Assembly (NCBI GenBank): GCA_963845895.1
Contig: CAWJTN010000001.1
Span: forward strand, 747,063-811,062
From: Candidatus Roizmanbacteria bacterium
GTDB lineage: Bacteria; Patescibacteriota; Microgenomatia; UBA1406; GWC2-37-13
Length of the DNA: 64,000 nt
Direction: 5' to 3'
The notes beneath the pieces were generated by a model, which saw only the letters and a list, made by a program, of their open reading frames with translations, was not told where the DNA came from and made no database searches. Positions 43,473-51,800 of this stretch are shown here, piece after piece. The position numbers and the translations under genes were made by a program. The number at the start of each line of letters is the position of its first letter. The first letter of the stretch is position 1.

Positions 43473-44255
43473 CTAAAAATTTTTACCAATGACGATTTCC
43501 CTTAAAAGATAATAGATAAATTTTAAGCCGGTGGGAATTGCAGATGCTCCGCTCTTACCTCCAATTCTTTGTCCTTCAACTGTTGGGATTTCAGCGATTT
43601 TTAATCCTAATTTTAAAGCACGGATCGTCATCTGGTACTCGATGGCAAAACCCTCCGCATCAAGATGGAGTTTGTTGAAGGAACTTTTTTTAATTGCACG
43701 GTAACCATTTATAGAATCGGTAATTGAACTTTTTGCTAGATTCTGTCCCGAGTTTCCCTCCCGCCAGTGCTCACTTCGTTGCGCGCTGTCGGGAGCCCTT
43801 CCACTCGTGCCACCTAGCAAAAAATTATTCCACAAGATATTTGCTAGCAACGTAAATCCCTGGTTTGCCCATTTGCGAAACTTCAAAAGCTTGTGATCCT
43901 CTTCGTTTTTTGATCCTTTTTTAAAACGCGAAGCGATTGCCAAATCATAACCTTTAGTCAAAATATTAATCAATTTTGGAATATCAGCTGGGTTTTCATT
44001 GCCGTCTGGACTAAAAAAAATTAGAATGTCTCCTTTTGCTTTTTTTGCACCAATTCTAAAAGCTTCCGCACGTCCGGGTTTTTTTTGTTTAACAATGGGT
44101 ATCTTATTTTTTTTAAAAAATTCAACGGTTCCGTCGGTTGAGTTGTAGTCTACAGCAAAATATTCATCAACGCTAGAGAAAGGGATTTTTTTTATGAGTT
44201 TTTTGAGACCAGAGATTTCATTGCGGGTTAAGATAATGAGAGTTGATTTAATCAT
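43473..44255 (-). CDS. Family-2 glycosyltransferase carrying an in-frame repeat-element insertion
   Basis: LIILTRNE..AVDYNSTDGT..ILIFFSPDGNE. The GC-rich segment translated as GGTSGRAPDSAQRSEHWREGNSGQN interrupts the conserved region before ITDSINGYRAI. ATG 44255 is preferred. Confidence 0.8.
   Translation of the reverse strand: MIKSTLIILTRNEISGLKKLIKKIPFSSVDEYFAVDYNSTDGTVEFFKKNKIPIVKQKKPGRAEAFRIGAKKAKGDILIFFSPDGNENPADIPKLINILTKGYDLAIASRFKKGSKNEEDHKLLKFRKWANQGFTLLANILWNNFLLGGTSGRAPDSAQRSEHWREGNSGQNLAKSSITDSINGYRAIKKSSFNKLHLDAEGFAIEYQMTIRALKLGLKIAEIPTVEGQRIGGKSGASAIPTGLKFIYYLLREIVIGKNF
43740..43814 (+). repeat. 75-nt GC-rich palindromic inner element inserted inside a GT2 coding sequence
   Basis: ATTCTGTCCCGAGTTTCCCTCCCGCCAGTGCTCACTTCGTTGCGCGCTGTCGGGAGCCCTTCCACTCGTGCCACC has the same length and core as 22061-22135. 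It is flanked by TAG on both sides. Confidence 0.7.
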
Positions 44256-45216
44256 AATTTTCTTTATACCACTCAATGGTTTTTTGTAAGCCAAAATTGA
44301 GCGGAGTTCTTGCTATAAAACCAATTTTTTCTTTGGCTTTTTTTGTAGAGATTATTCTTCTTGGGTGTCCGTCAGGTTTGCTTTTGTCGAATAAAACTTT
44401 AGTTTTTTTACCTGACAATTTTACTATCATTTTTGCAAGATTAGCGATCGTTATTTTTTCGTCTGATGCTAAATTTATCGGTTCGGCAAAAAAATATTTT
44501 TCAACTGCTTTTAGTAATCCTTCGGTCAAATCTTCAACGAAGATAAAGGATCTGATTTGTTTTCCTGAACCCCAGACCCTCAAAGGACTTTCATTATTAA
44601 AAACTCTTCTAATTAAAGATGGAATTACATGGGATATTCTAGGATCAAATTTATCATTTGGACCGTAAACATTTGTCGGACGAACTACTGCAATTTTCAT
44701 GCCAAATTGATCTGAATATGTTTTGGCCATAATTTCAGTAACTCTTTTAGCCCAACCATAGCCGAAGTTTGTTTTTTCCGGCTGACCTACAAATCCATAT
44801 TCTTCTTCTATTGGAGTAGTGCAGTCTTCAGAATAAACACAGACAGAGCTCATCAGCAAAAGTCGTTCAACATGATTAATTCTTGCAGCTTCAAGCATGT
44901 TTTCAGTTATTTCTAGATTGTCTTTGAGCATCGTACCTGAATGTTTTAAATTATATTGGATGCCAGCAACATGAGCCGCTAGATTTAGGACAATTTCTTT
45001 ATTTTTTGTTACCGAAACAGCATTCGTAAAGTTGGAAAGATCAGTTTTAACTATTCTTAAATCCTTTTTTAGGGATAAAATATTCTTGAGGTTGCCTCGG
45101 AACGTTGTAATTGTTACGTCCGCCCCTTTTTTTAAAAGAAGTCTGGCAAGGTTTGACCCAATGAATCCTGTACCACCTGTAAGAAGTACCTTTTTTCCTT
45201 TCCAAAAGTTAAACAT
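44248..45216 (-). CDS. NAD(P)-dependent sugar epimerase/reductase (extended SDR; GDP-fucose/colitose-synthase-like)
   Basis: LLTGGTGFIGSNL is the Rossmann motif and YGWAK is the YxxxK motif. Confidence 0.85.
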   Translation of the reverse strand: MFNFWKGKKVLLTGGTGFIGSNLARLLLKKGADVTITTFRGNLKNILSLKKDLRIVKTDLSNFTNAVSVTKNKEIVLNLAAHVAGIQYNLKHSGTMLKDNLEITENMLEAARINHVERLLLMSSVCVYSEDCTTPIEEEYGFVGQPEKTNFGYGWAKRVTEIMAKTYSDQFGMKIAVVRPTNVYGPNDKFDPRISHVIPSLIRRVFNNESPLRVWGSGKQIRSFIFVEDLTEGLLKAVEKYFFAEPINLASDEKITIANLAKMIVKLSGKKTKVLFDKSKPDGHPRRIISTKKAKEKIGFIARTPLNFGLQKTIEWYKENYD

Positions 45217-45223
45217 ATTTAAA

Positions 45224-45306
45224 GGTTATTTCAAAACCTCTGATCTTGTTAGATTCTGTCCCCGCTGAGCGGGGCCACCTGTCATAAATAGAAGTAGGTT
45301 TTGAAT
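45224..45306 (+). repeat. Short form of the nested palindromic element (outer ends + 27-nt minimal hairpin)
   Basis: GGTTATTTCAAAACCTCTGATCTTGTTAG-ATTCTGTCCCCGCTGAGCGGGGCCACC-TGTCATAAATAGAAGTAGGTTTTGAA. Confidence 0.6.
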
Positions 45307-45352
45307 CAGTTTTAATTTGAGAAGATAATAGCAGATTTTTTAGCTGTTTTCA

Positions 45353-46531
45353 CTAAGTAAAAACCTTAAGAATTTCTTTTATTTCTTTAGATGTCAGTTC
45401 TGGATTATTTCCAAAATAAAGACCTTGTTCATGGATAAGCTTAGCATTAGAATTGCCTAAAACATCTTGATATTTCTTCATGTATTTTTCAAAAAAGGGT
45501 TGCTTGGTCATATCTCCTCCAACGATCGGTCTGATCTCAATTTTCCAGTTGCATCTTTTGACAAGATCGCTTTTGATTTTCTTGGAACGGCAGATTATAG
45601 GTATTGAAAAGCTTGAAAGAAAATCCATGTGTTTATACTTTATCGGATAATATTTATTGGTTTTTTTGTAAATTTTACTAGCTAAGATTAAAAAATTTCT
45701 ATTTCTTTTTTTAACTATCTCGTCAATATATTTCAGTTGAACATTCCCTAAAAATCCAGCAACTTCAGTCGGTCGAAAGTTGTAGCCGAGATCATAAAAG
45801 GTATAGCGGGAGTAAAAAGAGGAGTTGATCTGAAATTTTTTTCTTAGATTTTTTTGTTTGGCAAGATTGAGATTCCTGTCCCAACCGTGGGCTCTGACTA
45901 TCCGAAGCATGGTGGTGATCTGGTCGTCATCCGTTGTAACAGCTCCACCTTCTATGGTTGATAGGTGATGGCCAACATAGAAAGAAAAAGTGCTTGCCAG
46001 ACCAAAGTTTCCCAGCTTTCTTCCTTTATAAATAGAACCTAGTGCTTCACAGTTGTCTTCGATTAAAATAACATTTTTTTTATTGCATATATCCTGGATC
46101 TTATCTATATCATCACATAGGCCAAGTAAATTTGTCAGAAAAACCATTTTGAGCGGATATTTTGAAAGTATCTTTTTTAAAGTTCGGCTTGAGACGTTTA
46201 ACGTTTCCAGCTCAACATCGATTGGTACAGCTTGAAGACCGAGTTGAATCAGAGGCATCACATTAGTTGACCAGGTGACTGCCGAGAAACCTACAAAGTC
46301 TCCCTTTTTTATTTTTCCCAGATTCAGAAGCGCCTGAATTATTGCCAGATTTGCCGAACTTCCGCTGTTTAAAAATACACAGTTTTTTCTTCCCTGATAT
46401 CCGGAGAAATTTTTTTCAAAAAGTTCACATCGTTGACCGAAGCTTAGTTGATTTGCCGATTTTATAAACTCAACAATAGCTTTTTTTGTCTCTAATTCTT
46501 TATAGAAGGTTGATTTGACAAGTTTTATCAT
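45353..46531 (-). CDS. DegT/DnrJ/EryC1 fold enzyme of the sugar 3-dehydratase type (ColD/E1-like)
   Basis: Has the DegT family layout. In FSFYVGHHLSTIEGG a His occupies the position of the PLP-binding Lys. Confidence 0.75.
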   Translation of the reverse strand: MIKLVKSTFYKELETKKAIVEFIKSANQLSFGQRCELFEKNFSGYQGRKNCVFLNSGSSANLAIIQALLNLGKIKKGDFVGFSAVTWSTNVMPLIQLGLQAVPIDVELETLNVSSRTLKKILSKYPLKMVFLTNLLGLCDDIDKIQDICNKKNVILIEDNCEALGSIYKGRKLGNFGLASTFSFYVGHHLSTIEGGAVTTDDDQITTMLRIVRAHGWDRNLNLAKQKNLRKKFQINSSFYSRYTFYDLGYNFRPTEVAGFLGNVQLKYIDEIVKKRNRNFLILASKIYKKTNKYYPIKYKHMDFLSSFSIPIICRSKKIKSDLVKRCNWKIEIRPIVGGDMTKQPFFEKYMKKYQDVLGNSNAKLIHEQGLYFGNNPELTSKEIKEILKVFT

Positions 46532-46576
46532 GATTTTCTTGACTTAATTATAGTATAGTCATTATAATTATAAGGC

Positions 46577-47284
46577 ATGAAGTTGCAAACTGTTAAAAAA
46601 AAGATATTAAAAAAAAGGCCGGTTATTATTCTCTCATTGATAATCTTAGTTATACTGGTTTCTTTGTCCTCAACAATTTATTTTTATCAAAAATATCAGT
46701 CTGCAAAAAAATTACTACAGAATCCGCAAGAAACAACTAAAGCCGAGGTGAAAATCTTGGTAAGTGCCGTTGGTAAGTTGATGGAACTTCCGAAGGACGA
46801 AGATCCCACTCCTCTTACCGTAACAGACAAAAATAGACTAAAAAGTCAGCCATTTTTTGCTAATGCAGAGAACGGCGATAAGGTCTTAATATATGAAAAG
46901 AACAGGATGGCCATTTTATATCGACCAAGCACAAATAAAATAATTGAAGTTTCTCCGATTAGTGTCAATAACAGTAATGTTTCACCTTCTCCTTCCATGA
47001 GTCAACAGCCAAAAAAAATTAAAGTTGCCATTTATAATGGAACAAAAATAGCTGATTTGGCAGGGAAAACGGCAAGCGAAATCAGTGGAAATGTTACCAA
47101 CGTTGAAATTGCTGAAATAGGTAACACATATAAAAACTATAAAGAAACATTAGTTATTGATCTTACTGGAAATAATAAGAGTGTAGTGGATCAGGTGGCA
47201 ACTCTTTTAAAAGGAAAAAGTTCTACTCTTCCCGATGGAGAAAAGAAACCTCAAGCAGATATCCTCGTTGTAGTTGGTCAATAA
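46577..47284 (+). CDS. Membrane-anchored protein with C-terminal LytR_C-like domain
   Basis: N-terminal TM helix. KIKVAIYNGTKIADLAGKTASEI..ETLVIDLTGNNKSVVDQVATLL..ADILVVVG is LytR_C-like. Confidence 0.6.
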   Translation: MKLQTVKKKILKKRPVIILSLIILVILVSLSSTIYFYQKYQSAKKLLQNPQETTKAEVKILVSAVGKLMELPKDEDPTPLTVTDKNRLKSQPFFANAENGDKVLIYEKNRMAILYRPSTNKIIEVSPISVNNSNVSPSPSMSQQPKKIKVAIYNGTKIADLAGKTASEISGNVTNVEIAEIGNTYKNYKETLVIDLTGNNKSVVDQVATLLKGKSSTLPDGEKKPQADILVVVGQ

Positions 47285-47328
47285 ATTTAGTTTAAAATCA
47301 GAAGTTACGCAGTTAATTATTGTTTAGA

Positions 47329-47414
47329 CTGTCATTGCGAGCGGAACGAAGTGAAGCGAAGCAATCTCTTTAATGATGAGATTACTTCGTCGCTTCGCTC
47401 CTCGTAATGACAAA
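47329..47414. repeat. Long imperfect hairpin repeat of the GTCATTGCGAG..GCGAAGCAATCTC type
   Basis: The arm GTCATTGCGAGCGGAACGAAGTGAAGCGAAGCAATCTC pairs with GAGATTACTTCGTCGCTTCGCTCCTCGTAATGAC. Confidence 0.6.
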
Positions 47415-47440
47415 GTACGTAAGTCCTGTAAAATATTAAG

Positions 47441-47830
47441 ATGAGAAAGATTAATAAAAAAACTATTTATTTAGGTTTGACGATTTTGGTTTTAGTTATT
47501 TTATCGATTGGCTTATATTTTTATATTCAGTATAAGAGATTGCAGGCTGAGATAGTCATACCTTCAACGACATCCAACCAAAAACCTCTTTTGCAAAGAG
47601 TTTCTGATCTGACAAATTTGCCTCAAGGAGAAGAGCCCGAATATGTTAGAATTACCGATATTAACAAAGCCAAAAACCAACCGTTTTTGGTTGGGGCTAA
47701 AAACGGAGACATAATTTTGTTGTACAAAAAAGCAAAGTTGGCAGTCCTCTACGATCCTGTTGCGAACAGAATAATTCAAACCGGTCCATTGGTTTTAGCG
47801 ACAGGAGCAGCAAATTTAAATTCAAAATAA
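47441..47830 (+). CDS. Truncated paralogue of the 46577-47284 product (lacks the LytR_C part)
   Basis: Compare LTNLPQGEEPEYVRITDINKAKNQPFLVGAKNGDIILLYKKAKLAVLYDPVANRIIQTGP with LMELPKDEDPTPLTVTDKNRLKSQPFFANAENGDKVLIYEKNRMAILYRPSTNKIIEVSP. Confidence 0.6.
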   Translation: MRKINKKTIYLGLTILVLVILSIGLYFYIQYKRLQAEIVIPSTTSNQKPLLQRVSDLTNLPQGEEPEYVRITDINKAKNQPFLVGAKNGDIILLYKKAKLAVLYDPVANRIIQTGPLVLATGAANLNSK

Positions 47831-48007
47831 GGAAAGCTCGATACAGTTTTTCTCGCTTTCTCTGCTTGAGTGCGTCTTTTTTGTTACCTGCCAATGCGAG
47901 AAAGTTGGGTAGCATTGCACGAACATTATCGCGCAAGTGGCCGAACAAAAAATCCGCACTCTTCGCATAGTAGAATTCTTAAATCGTTAGCAGTAGTTAC
48001 GCACTTT

Positions 48008-48134
48008 GTCATCGCGAGGACCCCGAGTATTCGGGGGACGAAGCGATCTCTTTGTTATTGAGATTACTTCGCGGAGTTTATTCTGAGATTGCTTCGCTTC
48101 GCTCGCAATGACATCGAAGGACTTGCAATGACAG
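48008..48134. repeat. Composite copy of the same hairpin repeat family
   Basis: GTCATCGCGAGGA[CCCCGAGTATTCGGGG]GACGAAGCGATCTC .. GAGATTACTTCGCGG .. GAGATTGCTTCGCTTCGCTCGCAATGAC .. GCAATGACAG. Confidence 0.55.
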
Positions 48135-48209
48135 TTTAAAATCTAAATTGCTATGTAGGTTCTGTCGTTAACTCTTGAATTTATTAACATTGTAAATTAT
48201 AGTTAACAT

Positions 48210-48788
48210 ATGGAAAAAACTTTGGTTGTCCTAAAGCCGGATGCGGTTTCCCGGGGACTTATGGGTGAGGTTATTAGGCGATTTGAGGCAACCGGACTTA
48301 AAATAGTTGCTGCAAAGTTTGTCAAGGTTAATGAAGAGTTTGCCGGAAAACATTATCCGGCAGATCGGGAGTCTTTCTTAAGGGGGATGGGGGAGAAGAC
48401 TTTGGAGAACTATAAAAAGTTTGGAGCTGATCCTAAGAAGTTGTTGGGAACTACGGATACATTGGAGATTGGAAAGATGATTAGAGGCTGGTTGGTTAAA
48501 TATATTACTTCTAGTCCTGTTTTGGCTATGGTTTTGGAAGGACCACATGCAGTTGATCTGGTGCGAAAACTCTGCGGCCACACCTTACCGTCACAGTCAG
48601 CCCCAGGGACGATCAGGGGAGACCTGGCTTTTGATTCATCCTACCTGGCAAACACCGGAAAAAGAGCAATCAAAAATCTTGTCCATGCTTCCGGTTCGTT
48701 AGAAGAAGCAGAATACGAAGTCCCCTTATGGTTTAAACCTTCCGAGATCTTCGAGTATGAAAGAGCAGAGGAAAAGGCGATGAGGTGA
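48210..48788 (+). CDS. ndk: Nucleoside-diphosphate kinase (long form with internal insertion)
   Basis: Has KTLVVLKPDAVSRGLMGEVIRRFE..GLKIVAAKF and NLVHASGS, which carries the catalytic His. It is about 40 aa longer than canonical NDKs. Confidence 0.85.
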   Translation: MEKTLVVLKPDAVSRGLMGEVIRRFEATGLKIVAAKFVKVNEEFAGKHYPADRESFLRGMGEKTLENYKKFGADPKKLLGTTDTLEIGKMIRGWLVKYITSSPVLAMVLEGPHAVDLVRKLCGHTLPSQSAPGTIRGDLAFDSSYLANTGKRAIKNLVHASGSLEEAEYEVPLWFKPSEIFEYERAEEKAMR

Positions 48789-48798
48789 ATACATCATT

Positions 48799-48834
48799 CG
48801 AATAAATTCGAATCTTTTCCGAATAATTGCGAAT
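48799..48834 (+). promoter_or_regulatory. Four CGAAT motifs phased at 10-11 bp, just upstream of the -35 box
   Basis: CGAAT at 48799, 48809, 48820 and 48830. Confidence 0.35.
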
Positions 48835-48842
48835 GTGCTAAT

Positions 48843-48871
48843 TTGATTATTTCTTCGATTACTGCTAGAGT
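48843..48871 (+). promoter_or_regulatory. Promoter TTGATT-N17-TAGAGT, 7 nt before the ATG (leaderless layout)
   Basis: -35 at 48843-48848, -10 at 48866-48871, ATG at 48879. No SD. Confidence 0.5.
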
Positions 48872-48878
48872 GAATCTA

Positions 48879-51800
48879 ATGATGAGATATTTTATCTTTC
48901 CTATATCTTTATTCATTATTCTCTCTTTACTATTAACTGTTTATGCTCAATCTCCAACCATATCAATAGGTAATGGTGATGCCAATGGGGATGGAGTAGT
49001 AAATTCAAAAGATTTACTTACTGTTTTTCAAAACTACAACAAATCATTAGGATCACCAACCGACCAATATAAGGATGGACTAATAAATATGCTAGATCTT
49101 TCAGTTGTCATCTCCTCAATTCTCAATCCCTCTCCAACCTCCACCTCGACTCCAACTCCCACTCCCTCTGGTCCCACTCCGACTCCAGCTCCTGCTGCTT
49201 TTGAATGGGGAACTGTGGCTCATGATGCCCAAAGAACTAGCGCTTCACCAGAAGAAGTAGCCTTAGATGTCAACAATAACGGTAAAGTTATTTGGTATCG
49301 TCCCATCGAAGCCTATATTCCTCAGAACTCCCAAGTGATTGCGGCCAACAATACTCTCTATGTTTCAACAGCCAAAGGCTTGTATGCTTTTAATCCCAGT
49401 ACCGGTGACGTCAAATGGAGATTTGATACGGAAATGCCTCTTGGTAACTCTCCAACGGTAGTTAACAAAGTTGTCTATGTTGGGGGGATGGACAGGAGGC
49501 TTTATGCCTTAAACGCTGATACCGGAACCAAAATCTGGTCTTATGACGGGGCCGGAGCCGGGTACTCAACCAATCCTTTAGTCTTAACCAATACTAGTAA
49601 ACCTATCATCTATATCGGTAACCGTGACGGCAAGTTCTATGCCATTCAAGATAACGGTTCCTCCCCGCAACTGCTTTGGTCCTATCCCACTCAAGGACCT
49701 ATTAATCTCTCAGCCGCCGCTTCTAAAGATAACTCGATAATTTATTTTGCTTCTAATGATAACTACGCCTACGCGCTGAACGCTTCCAGTGGAACCCTGA
49801 AATGGAAATCTTCAAAACTTCCCAGTGCCGGCTTTGATTCCTATTGGCCAGTGGTTTATACCGATTCTGCCAGTGGGAAAGACTACGTAATTTTCGCAGG
49901 GGCCACCGCTTACAATAATGGGAGCAAACCAGGGACCCAATCGGTCATTACCAACCCGGCAACTGGAGCTGTGGCCGACACTTACACCGATGTTGAACTA
50001 CAGGATTTAACCAATAATTATGGCTGGACAACCTTGCCAACCACGACCGCTTTGGGGGGAGATCCCTGGGCTAGCGGCAAAACCATCCTTGATGCCACGT
50101 CTTTTGTGAATTACTTTCAAGCAAAACCCTACCGCCGCACGACTTTCATTCTCAATGCCGCTGATGGAACCGAATACGCCGGTCAGTACGCTCCTTTTGC
50201 TTTTCTGGGAACGCGTTCCGGAAACCGCTATCCACCTGTCGTTGGTCCAGACAGTGTCAGTTCTGCCGGCAACACAATCTATATTAACAACGCTTATACT
50301 CTGTCGGGTGCCCAAGGTTTGGAAATGGGCTGGAAATTCGGCACTCCCTATTTTAGCCTTCAAGGCTTAGGCCAAGCTGTGGATGAACCAGCATCTTACT
50401 CCATGGGCGGAAACATCATTTATCATAACAACTGCTGTGATCGCGTCGCGGATTGGGTAAATGTACTTACGAAAGCTGGCGGAACGTTGTGGACCTATAG
50501 TAACACTCTCTTTCCGGATCCTTCCATCGGTCGAGTAGGTCAAGCTCCCGGCTATGACGAAATGTGGTACAACACAACTGCAGGACTTGACCGTCTCGAC
50601 GCATGGTATGGTGGCTCTAATCAATATGTCTATAACCGAAGCGGGGTATACCATAACCATGGTGACGGCCATCCGATTGTTCCTTATCAAGGAAAATTGT
50701 TTAGCCATCAAAGCAACGCTATTATTGCTTATGGCTCCAGTTCATCAACGGCCTATGGCAATAAAGGAGCTCTACGAATAAATGCGGTTACTGACAGTTC
50801 TATTCCTATCCCTTCAGATTTAACCACCCGGTTGGAAAATGAACTGAAGAAAATGATAGCAGCAGGAGATTTGAAAATTGGCTACTATAACAACGGCCAG
50901 GCTGCTTTGAATGAGATGAAGTTTTACTTTGAAAATCCCGGAGACACTCTTTACACCTTGACCATGGCTTACCCGTTTGTGTTTAATTCCGACCCGACCG
51001 CAAAAGGTCAGCTCTTGAATTACATAAAAGCCGAGTTTGCCGATTACTTTAACCCCACAATGTATTCTTCGCGAGGATGGGATAACACAGTTGGGCTGTC
51101 GGGTAGAGTACGAGCAGCCAGAGAAGCTTTTCCCATTCCCCCTGAAGTTCAAGCTAACATGAATGCTGATCCCAAACGAACACAGGGCTACTATGCCGAT
51201 GACAGTTGGGGCGCCTATACTGGTAGCCTTTATCCTCAGTTTAATTTTTACCCTTTGTGGAAATATGCCCAGTTGGTTCCGACAGACGCCTTAACCGCTT
51301 ACAACTTAGCAAAAGGTAAACTGGATACTCCCGCCAGCAACGGCACTGTTGGAGGGGCGTCCGACCAAATGCTTATGACCTTTCCCTGGCGGCTTAACAA
51401 CTATATTGCCGGATTTATCGGCTTTTTGAATCTCCAAAAACTGGCCGGGAAAGATATGACCGATGTTACCTTAAGAACTTTGGTCACAAACTCTTTAAAC
51501 CATCTGGAAAGTTTAAGGATACAAAGCTTAGCTGTTTTCAACACGACAAGTTTAACTAATCCCAATAATTGCGCTGACTACTTTCCTAACACTGGTTACA
51601 CTAGCCACTGTCGAGAATTCAATATCGGCCGTAACTTTTATTATCTTGTTCCCGAGCTGGGAGACTATCTTAATCAAAATGCTCTGGCAGCTTCTCAAAA
51701 CACCGTTACAGAGCTAACTTATGTTGCTCCTTATTGGTTCCAGGAAGGATTTAACTCGGTTCATGAGGAAGGAATTAAAGAAAATCTTTATGATGTCGAT

